Assembly (NCBI GenBank): GCA_951406725.2
Contig: OX597817.1
Location: 149,420,001-149,484,000, forward strand
Direction: 5' to 3'
DNA: 64,000 nt
Source: Octopus vulgaris
Lineage: Eukaryota
The notes beneath the pieces are model-generated. The model was not told the origin of the DNA, searched no databases, and saw only the letters and a program-made list of their open reading frames with translations. This document shows, piece after piece, positions 14,200 through 29,871 of this stretch (within the stretch, counting starts at the first letter, position 1; every line of letters starts with the position of its first letter). Both the position numbers and the translations under genes were made by a program.

Positions 14200-14395
14200 T
14201 TCATCTCCAAACGTGGTCGCTCGTCGTACTAGAAACTGCAGCCAAATATACTTCAGACAACACTCTAGCTACCATCTTTAAAATAAAAAAGGATCCCAGA
14301 TTATATTATAACCGAACGAAGAGATAGCATAGTCGTTAGTTGGAGTACCTTTGTTTACAGGCCTGCTCACTCAGGACTAATTTGGGGCTAAAGAT
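14200..14395 (+). mobile_element. Family E repeat
   Basis: gtggtcgctcg..ctagaaactgcagccaaat...ggactaatttggggctaaa. Confidence 0.55.
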
Positions 14396-14889
14396 CTCAG
14401 TGTTTAATATCCACCAATGGAACCTCTGAATTTATTACGTTGGGTTATTACTCTTAATTATCAACCACGGAAGAAAAATAATGAAAGGTAAAGTTAACTT
14501 CAGTGGGATTTGAACTCAGTGAGCATAGAGCCGGAACACACACCACAAAGCATTCTATTCGACACCTTAACGACTTCAGCTACATCGTTGCCCGAATGAA
14601 TTTGTCGATTTCAATTAATCGAATACACAACTTCACAACACAGCCTCGATATTACGATCAACATATCTACACTTTACCGTTTTGATGAAAGCACGTAAGC
14701 ACAACAACCTCGACGTTATTATGAACACACACATATGCTTAATGAACACTATAAGCCACAAATATAATACACGTACTCACATACAGCCTCACTGTTATAA
14801 TAAACATGCTCACTCACAAAGAAGACAAATCAATATAAACGAAACGGATCCGTGGAAATTTTATTTATTTCTATTTTGATGCATAGATT

Positions 14890-15285
14890 TTAAAATATTC
14901 ATAGTATTGTTTTGTTATGTTAAATATTTCGATTACGTCCACCATGGTTAAGCTTTTTTTAAACGTAGTACTCGAATAGGTTTCATTATGTTAAAATTTT
15001 CGATTATGTCTTCGATGTTGTTCCATTGTTTAGCTGGTTTAAAACGCAATATTCAAACATGTTTCATTGTTAAAAATATCGATTATGTATTCTATGTCGT
15101 TCCATAGTTTAACAAGTTTAAAACATAACACTCTAACGTGTTAATGCTAAAAATGTCAATTATGTCTTCAATGTCGTTCCTTAGTTTACCTTGTTTAAAT
15201 TGTAAAACTCAAATATTCTTTATAATGTTAAAAAAAATTATTATATCTACGATGTCTTTCCATAAGAATTCGTAACACTCGAATG
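14890..15285. repeat. Degenerate tandem repeat with a 70-81 bp unit, about 5 copies
   Basis: The anchor tgttaaaa..(c)gattatgtc recurs at about 14918, 14988, 15068, 15144 and 15225. Confidence 0.8.
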
Positions 15286-15346
15286 CGTGTCGTGACAAGC
15301 GAGCACAAATCGCCCATTTTATGCGGTAAGCAAACATTGTAGAACA

Positions 15347-15779
15347 TCTCTATATATGTAAAGCTGAAACTGTCTGTGTATGGCAAGTTTGGTAGCCTTC
15401 AATTAACACTATCTCCTCCGAGACCCTGCGGCGCAAGTTGACCAAAATTGAAAGTATGATAGAAGAAGGCTTGCTCTTCCTTCCGTAGAAGAAACAAATT
15501 CAAATCGGACCATGTTAACACCAAAAATTATTTACATCAAAAAGGTGATTTTTTTCTATGAAAATCCCTATTTTTTAACGATTTTTTGACTGCTGTGTCG
15601 CCATTTTCAGTGTATTTCAACCAGAAAAATGTTCACTTAAAGAGAATAGCAAGCTACATAATGTAAACTTTTCACTTTTCAAAAATTTCGATTCTAAAGG
15701 GTCGAAACAAACCCGAGCTAGTTGTACTAAAAGCTTTGCAGTATTATTTTTCTATTCGTCTCGTTATTGTATTACCACA
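15347..15779 (+). mobile_element. Non-autonomous Helitron copy with a deleted hairpin and a 3' extension shared with the 5063 copy
   Basis: Colinear with 5063-5511 and has an A|TC start. It reads acccgagc[18-bp deletion]tag at 15711-15721. Confidence 0.85.
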
Positions 15780-15784
15780 AATCG

Positions 15785-15925
15785 GCCCTTCTTAAACAGA
15801 CATTTGATCAAAACCAGTTGCATTTTTTTCCAGCCGTAATCTATTCCGGACAACACTATACATTGTATCCCTCATATTTTTAAGACAGTAGCGTGTTGTT
15901 TTAGAGAGAATTGGCAGCTATTTTT
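15785..15925 (-). mobile_element. Family E repeat
   Basis: tttgatcaaaacc...ccagccgtaatc...ttaagacagtagcgtg...ttggcagctattt. Confidence 0.5.
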
Positions 15926-16199
15926 GCTATTTCGAATGAATCAATCAAGAGTCGTAGCCTCGTAGTAATTCAAAAATGCCTGGTTCACACTTGAGTCAAT
16001 TATTGAAGTACCAGTAATATAGTGAGCCTCGTTTCAATCTCCTTCATGAATTTTAATTTTGTATCACTTGCATCACTTTGTTAAAACTCTGTGGATGCAG
16101 GACGCTGATGCAGAGGATGAGAGGAGGTTCCCGCAAGGTCCCCGTAAACAGTTCCCACAGGATGGGGATGATGCTTCACATCTAAGAATGGCATGAGCT

Positions 16200-16320
16200 A
16201 CCGGTCTTTTTTGCCGAACCGCTACATTTACGGGGACGTAAGCATACTAACGTTGGTTGTCAAGCGATGGGCGTGGGGGGGGGGGGACAAACTCAGACCC
16301 ACAAACATACACACACACAA
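16200..16320 (-). mobile_element. Family A SINE internal fragment
   Basis: gccgaaccgctac...ggggacgtaa...ggttgtcaagcgatg. Confidence 0.8.
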
Positions 16321-16809
16321 TTTATCGGCCCTGAATGGTCGCAAGTCAAAGTCAGCGGAATTTGAACTCAGAATGTAACAGCAGACGAAATACCTATTTT
16401 TTTACTACCCTCAAGGGGCTAAACACAGAGAGAACAAACAAGGACAGACAAACGGATTAAGTCGATTATATCGACCCCAGTGCGTAACTTCTTTAATGGA
16501 CCCCGAAAGAATGAAATGCAAAGTCGACCTCGGTGGAATTTGAACTCAGAACGTAGCGGCAGACGAAATACCTATTTCTATTTCTTTACTACCCACAAAA
16601 GGCTAAACACAGAGGGGACAAACAAGGACAGACAAACGGATTAAGTCGATTATATCGACCCCAGTGCGCAACTGGTACTTACTTAATCGACCCCGAAAGG
16701 ATGAAAGGCAAAGTCGACCTCGGCGGAATTTGAACTCAGAACGAAACGGCAGACGAAATACGGCTACGCATTTCGCCCGACGTGCTAACGTTTCTACCAA
16801 CTCGCCGCC
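16321..16809 (-). mobile_element. Family B SINE, trimeric (third unit partial)
   Basis: Three ggaatttgaactcagaa motifs at about 16360, 16535 and 16725. A single A-box head lies at 16809. Confidence 0.9.
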
Positions 16810-17264
16810 TTAACTCCGCTATAATATTGTTACTGTTCAAGTTTAACACGATTGGCAAAGAGAACAAGTTCTAACTACGTTGTGATCGATAGGAAATTTT
16901 AAAAGAAGCGTTAATGGCATTTATTAACACTTTTATGTCTCTAATGAAGAAATATGTGTACTATTAGTAATATATAATTAAAAGGCAGCTGAAAGCAATT
17001 ATTTTTTTTTTTAATATTAACTTTCACATCAAATCTGAAAGATGTAATCGACTGAAAAATAATTGAATCTAAATTATGTCGATTACTTTGGTCTCATGAC
17101 TGACCTCATTGAACTTCTTCAGTCTCGAGACATCTTTCTTGTTCTTATTAAACAGATTCTGTTAAATACTCTTTACTACACACACGAGGAAATATCGAAT
17201 GGAAATGGCTGACAATGTATCATTAATGCTGCTGCTGTTAGAGGTGACGGTGGTGTTTTGGCGT

Positions 17265-17835
<571 letters not shown>

Positions 17836-18114
17836 GATGACTGGCGCGCCGGGTTTTATTTATTTATCGTTTTAATGTTGGAGAAATGCAGAAAACAAAG
17901 AAAGTTATTGATGAAATAATTAAGAGAGAAAGCGAGAAAATAAAATAAACGAATAAATATATTTATCAAAGAAATATATTTATCAAAGAAATATGTTTAT
18001 CAAAGAAATACAAAAGAAAACCATCAAAATCACAAGTAGATTTGTAGAGTTACTGTCAGAAATAATCGGTCCTGTAACCTCAAGTGTCTGCTGCAACAGT
18101 CATTTCAAATTACA

Positions 18115-18290
18115 AAGGTTTGTGGTCTGGTGGTTAAGTGTTGACCTTCGAACCATAAGGTCATGGTTTTGATTCCTAGAGCAGTGGAGGAGGTTAGCAT
18201 ATATTGTATCTTTAAACAAGGCGCTTAATTTTATTTTCGTCTAGTGTGGTCAGCTGAAAGTGAGTGAGGGCTAGCTGCAGTGAGCTGAGG
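18115..18290 (+). mobile_element. Degenerate family D SINE
   Basis: tggtctggtggttaag...ggttttgattcc...aacaaggcgctt...tcagctgaaagtgagt resembles the family D copies at 33102 and 54456. Confidence 0.45.
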
Positions 18291-18866
18291 TGGTTGAATC
18301 TCCCTCCAGTCGTCACATCCTCTTCCATGTTCCGCAGGATCCAGAATGGAAGAACCCAGAAGGTGTTTACGCCTACTTCTTAGAACAATTAACCAAAGCA
18401 CATTACTTATTATTGAGTCACACTCACTTGCGAGTGACACCTGTGAAGCCTCGTGTATTCTTCAAATCAGGCCATGTTCTATATCTCATTGAATAATAAG
18501 GATATGATATACATGAGGTCTTTACTTTCGCTTAGAGTGTCGTTCTATTAACGTTCAGGTTTTTACTTGTTTCAGTCATGGGACTGCGACCATGCTGGAG
18601 CGTTTTAGTTAATTATGCCGTCCTTGGTAAGTAGTCCGGTATTCAATTCACCGAAAATAAAATGAGGTTATCTATTACGTTACATCCTTTAACAATCCTA
18701 GAACCTATTACGGAGTGAGTACCACATGGTATTTTCCCTGGATACAAAAACACTCGCGTATATACAGACGCAACATCGCCACATAGGTGCGCATGCACAC
18801 ACACATTAATAATACTAAATATTATTGTAAATAAATAACGATGATATATGTATATACATATATATT

Positions 18867-19093
18867 TCTTTACTACCACAAGGGACTAAACACAGAGGGG
18901 ACAAACAAGGACAGACAAAGCGATTAAATCGATTCCATCGGCCCCAGTGCATAAATGGTACTTAATTTATCGACCCCGAAAGGATGAAAGGCAAAGTCAA
19001 CCCTCGGCGGAATTTGAACCCAGAACGTAACGGCAGACGAAATACGGCTATGCATTTCGCCCGGCGTGCTACCGTTTCTGCCTGCTCACCGCC
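18867..19093 (-). mobile_element. Family B SINE, monomer
   Basis: Perfect 23-bp TSD atatatgtatatacatatatatt at 18844-18866 and 19097-19119. The TSD is low-complexity. Confidence 0.9.
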
Positions 19094-19313
19094 TTCATAT
19101 ATGTATATACATATATATTAATAACTTCTAATTTTTGAAGAGGTTCCGTGACATACGCACACACACACACACATACATATATATATATGTATAATAGTCG
19201 TACATAAAGGGTGTCAAACATTAATTGAAGAATCACTCTATATATTTCAATGTTTGATAAAGGCAACGAGGCGAAACTACAAAGGACTATCAAACTTTGC
19301 TTTCGTAAAATTG

Positions 19314-21530
<2,217 letters not shown>

Positions 21531-21925
21531 TGTGTACGATGTCTGCTCCGTATGTATGCATGGATATTGTTGGACTTAGTTGTTTGCTAATAAACAAAGA
21601 ACGTAATTTTAAAAACTGTAAGATGTTATTAATATGTCGGCTGACAATGGTAGGAAGCCCTATAGGCAACTCTCCATCCTGACTGTGCTGTATAGCTTCT
21701 AAGACACGGATTCTTGGGGCGGTTTTCTCTGCCAGTCATTATCTTGTCTCAAAAGACCATTTGATTCTTCTGTCGTAGTTGTAGTTATTCTTTTTGTTGT
21801 TTGTTTTCCTATTGGTTTTCCTGTTGCCAATACAAAAGGAACGAGATCTTTTGCTTCAACCGACATGATAAACAGTTTTCCTGTGTAGCTTATGTATGTT
21901 TAAACTCCTACTTTTCTCGCTTTCT

Positions 21926-21929
<4 letters not shown>

Positions 21930-21997
<68 letters not shown>

Positions 21998-22088
21998 ATA
22001 TATATATATATATATATATAACTCTTTTACTCTTTATATATATATAACTCTTTTACTTTATATATATATATAACTCTTTTACTCTTTA

Positions 22089-22127
<39 letters not shown>

Positions 22128-22141
22128 TCTTTTACTCTTTA

Positions 22142-22192
<51 letters not shown>
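21930..22192. repeat. (TC)n, then (TA)n interleaved with four actcttttact(c)ttt units
   Basis: The units are the reverse complement of the family A tail aaagagtaaaagagt. Confidence 0.85.
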
Positions 22193-22197
<5 letters not shown>

Positions 22198-22434
22198 ATT
22201 ACTCTCCATTCACCATCTCTCTCCCTACCAACCATTTATCTAACCTGTCTATCGTTCTTTTCTGCCTCCTCTACATAGGTACAAGCACACACATGCACAC
22301 ACACATGCATATAATATATTTATACACATATAGTTATACATATATGTATATATGCATGTATGTATGTATGTATGTATGCATGCATGTATGTACGTATTTA
22401 TGTACGTATGTATGTATGTATGTATGTATGTATG

Positions 22435-22465
<31 letters not shown>

Positions 22466-22798
22466 GTTTGTATGTATATATAAGGCATACGGATTCGAAA
22501 TCTAAATAATGACACGAAATAAGCGGCTTTACCCACTGGAATTAACCACACAAAACTTTTTATATATCTTAAAAATCTCCTCTTGTCTTCCTTCAATTGG
22601 AAGCAATTAGAGTTGAACAACGTATTCTGTAGAATGATTCCTCCAAGGAACGATTGTCACAGGCTTCTTGGAATCCGTTCTTTTTTTATTTTTATTACAA
22701 ATTTTGTGTATAGTGAGAACTTTGATATAGCCTTTCTCTTTAGTCTCAATCGTAATCTTACGTTACCGGATTACTTATTCATTCGTATATTTCTATTG

Positions 22799-23020
22799 GG
22801 CGCAGGCATGAGGGTGTGGTGGAGAAGGCCGCTTTGCAACCACGTGGTTTTGTGTTTGGTCCCGTTGCTCGGTACCATGGACGAGTGTCGACTACAGCCT
22901 TGAGCCAACAGACACATTGTGAGTGAAGTCCGTCGTATATGTGTGTGTGTGTGCGTATGTGTGTATGTGTGTGTATGTGTGTGCGTATGAGAGAGAGAGA
23001 GAGAGAGAAAGTTAGAATGA

Positions 23021-23052
<32 letters not shown>

Positions 23053-23140
23053 AGGAAAGGAAGGAAGAAAGAAAGAAAGGAAGAAAGGAAGGACGAAAGA
23101 AAGAAAGGAAGAAAGGAAGGAAGGAAAGAAGTAAGGACGA

Positions 23141-23183
<43 letters not shown>

Positions 23184-23332
23184 GCAGACAGACAGGTGCG
23201 TGTCTCTCTGTCCTCTTCTCACAGTTTGGCAGCTAGTGTGGGTTTGTTTACGTCTACGTAACTTAACGCTTCGGCAGAGGTGACCAACAGAACAAGTATC
23301 AGATTTAAAAATAAATACTCGTTCGACTAAAA
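22799..23332 (+). mobile_element. Old family A SINE with internal (TG)/(GA)/(GAAA)n expansion
   Basis: Head ggcgcaggcatg...aaccacgtggtt and 3' part gtttacgtc..gtaacttaacgcttcggca flank about 250 bp of simple repeat. Confidence 0.7.
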
Positions 23333-23644
23333 GATCAAAAATAAAGAAGAATGGTCATTCCTTGTTTCGTTCTGTGAATTATAGCCATGCTAGATCCCTG
23401 GATCCCTGGATCCCTGCACTGTCAAGGTTGTTTTAGTCAATCGTAACTCTAGATCGATTTTCGTTTTTTGTCCTGATATTTATTTTTAACGATCACGTAT
23501 ACAATGAAATTGGCTAAATCAACCTAGGCGTAATATCGTGTGTGTGTTTTTTCTATCACACCATTATCTCTTTTAATGCTCTTTAAATATGATAAAACCA
23601 ATTTTTACTAAATATTTCAAATGCCATTATTATATAAAATTCGT

Positions 23645-23952
23645 GTGAGTTCAAATTCCACCGAGGTTGACTTTACCTTTCATCCTCTCGGATCGATAAA
23701 TTAAGTGCCAGTGGAGCACTGGGGTCGATGTGATCGACTGCTCCCCTCCCCACAAAATCCAGGCCTTGTGCCTATAGTAGAAGGGATTATTATATAAAAT
23801 TCACCCGAGTTCAAATTTAACCGCGGTCGACTTTGCCTTTCATACTGTCTGGATCGATGAACTAAGTACCAGTTACACACTGGGGTCGATGTAGTCGACT
23901 ACACCCCCTCTGCCAAAATTTCAGGCTTTGTGCCTCTAGTAGAAAGGATTAT
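23645..23952 (+). mobile_element. Two tandem 5'-truncated family B units
   Basis: gagttcaaatt...gtcgactttgcctttcat...ctggggtcgat...ttgtgcct.tagtagaa occurs twice. Confidence 0.85.
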
Positions 23953-24080
23953 ATAAAAGTAAGGAGAAATACTGTGGAATAAAGGTAAATTCCATCACAA
24001 GGAAGCCTCAACGTGACCGCTCGATCTGCTAGAAACAGAAGCCAAATGATTCCAAAAATATATGCATGCGTATATGATCA

Positions 24081-24462
24081 GGCGTAGATGTGACAGTGTG
24101 GTAAGAAGCTTGTTTCCCAACCACATGGTTCCGGGTTCAAGTGTCTCCTACTATAGCCTTGAGCCAACCAAAGTCTTGTCTGTGGATTTGATAGGCGGAA
24201 ACTGAAAGAAGCCCGTCTTATATATGTATATGTGTGTTTATGTATGTGCGTGTGTATTTGTTCCCCAACACCATTTGACAACTAGTGTTGGTGCGTTTAC
24301 GTCCCCCTAGCCTAGCGGTTCGGCAAAAGAAACTTTTAGAATAAGTACCAGATTTTAAAATCAAAAATAAGTCCTGGGGTCGATTCATTCAACTAAAAGT
24401 TCCTCATGGCGGTGCCCCAGCATGGCCGCAGTCTAATTACTGAAACAAATAAAAATAAAAGA
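24081..24462 (+). mobile_element. Family A SINE
   Basis: Colinear with 3262-3692 apart from a small 5' deletion. Confidence 0.88.
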
Positions 24463-25673
24463 TCTAATGCTAACGTAATACTATAATTTAGTATTGCATT
24501 TTCCTTTTTATTAAGAGGATAATGTGCGAATAATGGAAATCTGCCTTCTATTTCTAGCAGGTCGAATGACCCCGTAAAACACTCCCAGTTTTTTTTCTTA
24601 TCTTTTATTTTATCTTATTTGTTGCTTTGTATTTAAAAAAAAAAAATATTTAGTATTTCACCTTTCTGACTTGCAATAACACGAAGAGTGGTAGTCAGGG
24701 GTGGATTTAAATTGATTACATTACACCCGCTACCCTGAAATGGATAACCGCAATAAATCAATACTGAAATTCATATTGAAGTTTATATGAAAGCCTTATA
24801 TAAAACCATCCTCTGTACATTTTGTATTGACAGTTAACTAACTGCTTGACTGGGAATCACACGCTATGCTATAAACTTAAGTGTATACCTATACGTTGAT
24901 TTTACAGTAAAATTATTTAAAAATTCATATCTTCGTATTTAGTATCATTGTCCGTTTAGTTCAATACAAAAATATATATTTAGTCATATTTTTATCTTTT
25001 ATATAGAGATCGAATTTTAACTGTTTAAAAAAAAAAAAGGAAATCAGAAAAATTATTTTAATGTCTTGTATTATAAATTTCCATTGAGTTATTTCGTTTG
25101 ATTCCAGTAAATTAAAAAACATTTCAGTACTTTATTTCGGAAATCTATAAAGTTTATACATCGGTAATTATATAAAGTTTACAACAGAATTATGAACAGT
25201 CTATTTATAAGCAGCAGATGAGAGACAGATGAAAAGATTTCACTTCACCCACGCAATTGGAAATATATGTCTGTCAACTTCTTTCATCGGAATTCATCAA
25301 GAACATCAAAGGATGGAAATTTACAGAAGACTGAGCATATTTTAAGATCATTCCAGAAGCAATCATTTTTGTTGATTTATTTTGGGAAATATATACGAGA
25401 AACATATTATTTTAAAATTACTTTATATATTTCAAGTGCAGAATAGTTGCGTTCCAGAGGTAAATGTGCATATTTTACGGACTGGAGTTTTGTTGGGATA
25501 TTCACATTTCTATAATAAATTTTGTGGTGAGTTCCGGAATTGTTCACTGGATCCCGCTATGTGGGTAGCACCAATGATTTTTTTCTTTTCATTCTTAGCC
25601 GTGTGGTGGTATATTCTACGGTTATATGCACTTAAATTACTGTACTGTATATCACATTGCTACGTAGATACAT

Positions 25674-26071
<398 letters not shown>

Positions 26072-27274
26072 CAGATAAGACGTGTTGTGCCTAAGAGCTT
26101 TAAAGGTCCTCTTAGACCGGGAAAATCGTTGTAAATGATGGCCAGAGCATCAAAGGGTTAATGGCTGCCGGCGAAAAAGAAAAGTAGAAACGGACAAAAG
26201 GGTGACCGAGATGCTCTCCCGAATATTTGTATATAAAAATCTCAAATGACTGTGTAACGTTGTTAAACAAGGCAGTGTTTTCAGACCTACCGCTTAAAGA
26301 TATAAATCGGATCTAACATTGTCAGTGGAATAACACAGTTTTAAGCTGTCTTTCCCAAACGTTAACCTAACTGTTTACGTTGTACGTTTGTTTGACAGCT
26401 CTCTGTTCTGCGTCTTTGTTAATTCTCCCAAGTGATATATTCTATTTAATTGTGTAATTTACTTCTCAAATATTTGCATAGTGATTTCTGTTAGATGAGT
26501 TATGTATTTAATTTATAGTTATGGTTCGGCATTCATCTCATTGTTGCGTGATATGTTCTCTCTTTATCCTATGATATATATGCCACTCGCTTTTCTCCAT
26601 TGACTGCATATGTCCATCTCCAAGTTATGTAATGCTTTTTCACTATTGTATGTTTGTACGTGTGTTGCGTGATAAACTCTTCATTCACAATTATAATATT
26701 TCAAACTCGACTCGAAACATTATTTCGCGTTCTGTGTTCAGCAGAAATGCTATTTCAATGTCACCTTAAAAGCAAGATGTTTTATTTCCTCGTACATTCA
26801 GAAATATGCAGAGAATAAAAATTTTATAAGTATAGTTATAAGAAATATTTGGTTGTATATTCTCTGCATATGGTAAAATAAAAAGTCTTTATATTTAGTA
26901 TAAGAATAAATATATTCTACATTAAATTCAATGTAATAATTTACGCCTTTCCACCAACTGAAAAAGAAATAGAAAACCAGAAAAAGTAACTATTGAGCGC
27001 ATTTATTCTCTCATTCGGTTATGTGAGAGCCAAAATCGAGTCCAAGAATTACAGATAGAAAGAAACAAATGAAAACCGACAGAGTAGAATCCTTCTAAAT
27101 TATTCATTCTTCACTGACGAAATTGATGCAAAGTCTTGTAGACTTGGCTTTTCGTTTCTTGAAATCTGAACTGGTAATGTGTGATGAAGGTGAACATCTT
27201 TTAGAGAAGTCAAAGAACTAAAACCAGACAGTGTTTGCCTTGGTTGGTGGTGTGTCGGCTGTTTTAATCGAACA

Positions 27275-27475
27275 ACGAAAGATCACGTGATTCGTTTAGC
27301 TCGTTTTCGTTGCTGCATCTTAAAGTAACTGCGTCACGTCACTCTTTCTTTCATTCCTGCTTTCTTTCCTGCTTTCTTTCTTTCTTCTATGATAACTGCA
27401 TGTATGCGTGTTACACTTGCTCACTCGCGCGCGCTCTTTCTAGCATCTACACGCACGCATGCGCATGCATTTGAG
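27275..27475. promoter_or_regulatory. Possible cis-regulatory patch
   Basis: Locally CpG-rich unique DNA with a palindromic E-box atcacgtgat, tandem CRE half-sites tgcgtcacgtca, cgcgcgcg and the NRF1-like gcatgcgcatgc. The call rests on motifs only. Confidence 0.25.
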
Positions 27476-27659
27476 TGAAACTCGTCTTCTTTGTTTGAGA
27501 ACGAGATTTGGATTTGTTGTATTTTGTATTTTGTATTTTTCACTAATGCATTTCTAGATTTTATTTCGTTCCCCTTTCTAAACGAAAACACTATCATTAA
27601 TTTATATAAACATTGAAATCACGATGTCTATCAGTTTATCCTATGGTCCATCATCTCAA

Positions 27660-28400
27660 TATCACCAAAATCACATCCAATCAACACCACCCAACACAAC
27701 CACCATAATTATAAACAACATAAGCAATACCTACGCCGCCAACAACAACAATAGCACCAACTCAACAACACCAGCATCGTTGGCAATACCGCCGCCACCA
27801 TCACCATCATCAACAGCACTACTAGCAACACAAACAACAACAACAACATTATCCCCAACACCATGAACCCTTCCGATGGAACAACACCAAATATAACAGA
27901 AGGAGCTTATATGAGGTCTTTGAATCTGGTAGAAATAGCAGTCAAATCTCTCTCTAACCACATCCTCACTGTAAAAATGAAGACACATCAGACGATAGAG
28001 TTTTTGAGATGAAAAGACAGGATGGTCACGGATGGAATATCTTGGATCATAAAACTGCTGAATCTTGTCTAAATTAATGATAAACAACAAAAACACCACA
28101 TCAAAACAACCAGACCAGCGACACCACAGCAGTAGCGCCACGCCATAATCAACAACACCAACCCACCCACGACTACCACTACTAACACCAATTCCACCAC
28201 CACTACAAACACTAGCAACAACATTAGCATGACCACCACCACCACTACCAGCGCTACAACCATTAGTGTGGTAACACCAAAAATTAGTACCACACACCCC
28301 ACCATCACAAACGAACATCATCGCCTCCGCCAATATCTACGCAACCACCAGCACCGTCACCCTCATCGCCAACATTCCAAACGCAATTAACAACAACCGT
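27660..28400. repeat. Degenerate (CAA/CAC/CCA)n low-complexity tract containing a family E copy (+, about 27895-28090)
   Basis: gtagaaatagcagtcaaatctctctc...ggatggtcacggatggaat...gatcata sits inside the trinucleotide tract. Confidence 0.7.
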
Positions 28401-29053
28401 ATGAAAAACGCTCGCCATTCCTCTGACTTTTTTTGAAATTAAGTAACCAAGACGTAAGATGTAGTGTTTCCCCCTTCTTCGTTTGTTGCTATTATCAGAT
28501 AACTTTGATAGGGCAACGGCACCAATAAAAGAAAAGGCTTGTAGTAATCCGTTCGGTTTTATTGCATTATGCCGGGAGACGACGAGGGGGGAAGTCTTAT
28601 GCTTCCTTCTGCTACCGCTTTTCAGATCTCATCAATCAACTGATAGCCGTAATAATGTTATAATGTGTATTGTTCATATCAAATATTCATATGAGCAAAT
28701 TTACTTGTTAATGTACAAGATATGACTGCGCCGAGTATGTGTGTGTATCTGTCTGTCTGTATGTGTCTGTGTATATATGTGTGTGTATGCACGCATGCAT
28801 ATACGTACTCACACACATACACATGTACATACGTACGTCTACAAACGTATGCATATGTATGAATATTTGCAAGATTGTATTTATTATTGTATGTATGTAC
28901 GTATAAGCGTTTGTATATGATTGTCAAGTTGAAATATGGAGGTAGGAATGTGTGCGTGAGTATTTGTGTGTATGTGTGAGAGTATGTGTGCGTATGCGTG
29001 TTTAGTTATGCTCATGAAGATGTGTCTGATGTACAAACACACACATTCATATG

Positions 29054-29095
<42 letters not shown>

Positions 29096-29099
29096 ACGT

Positions 29100-29164
<65 letters not shown>

Positions 29165-29282
29165 TTTTGAATATATAGACATATATATATATATGCATAC
29201 ATATATATATATACGTGCATACATATATACATGCATATATATACATAAATATACATACATGTTTATATTGTATGTTATACAT

Positions 29283-29510
29283 CGATAGTCACCACGCACT
29301 TTGCCTCGTTTTAGCTTTCGAGTGACGCCACCCGGCTGGCTTGGCGAGCAGGCCAACATTCTTCTCGTGATCGGAAGACTAATCCATTGCGGGGTTACCC
29401 GTTTACAGTTCAGTGTAATGAAGTTGAGAGCACAATGCACAGCTGGTCTGGGAAACGAACTCAAGATCGTTAGTGCAATACGCCTCACTACTAAACCACA
29501 CGCCTTCACA
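29283..29510 (-). mobile_element. Degenerate D-type SINE with the start of tail T2 followed by tail T1
   Basis: The minus strand reads tgtgaaggcgtgtggtttagtag...gtaaccccgcaatggattagtc (T2-like)...tgttggcctgctcgccaagccagc (T1). Confidence 0.6.
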
Positions 29511-29618
29511 TACGCACGCACACGAAGACTTTCTAACGTACAGGGTGTAAAAACCCTGCTGTTTCTTTATAGCTCCTCTCTTATCAAACTTTCCCTGAAG
29601 AAAGACTCTACCCGAAAC

Positions 29619-29663
<45 letters not shown>

Positions 29664-29666
<3 letters not shown>

Positions 29667-29801
29667 GACGGGCTTCTTACAGTTTCTGTCTATCAAATCC
29701 ACTCACAAGGCTTTGGTTGGGCCGGGGCTATAGTAGAAGACACCTGGCCAAGGTGCCACGCAGTGGGACTGAACCCGGAACTATGTGGTTGATATGCAAG
29801 T
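29664..29801 (-). mobile_element. Family A SINE 5' fragment between (TA)n tracts
   Basis: cgacgggcttct...gtgccacgcagtgggactgaacccggaa. Confidence 0.88.
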
Positions 29802-29806
29802 ACATA

Positions 29807-29871
<65 letters not shown>

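Noticed and set aside
27624-28333. Thr/Pro-rich or Gly/Val-rich mucin-like ORFs
   Set aside because: This is a degenerate CAA/CAC tract interrupted by a family E repeat, with no splice or codon evidence.
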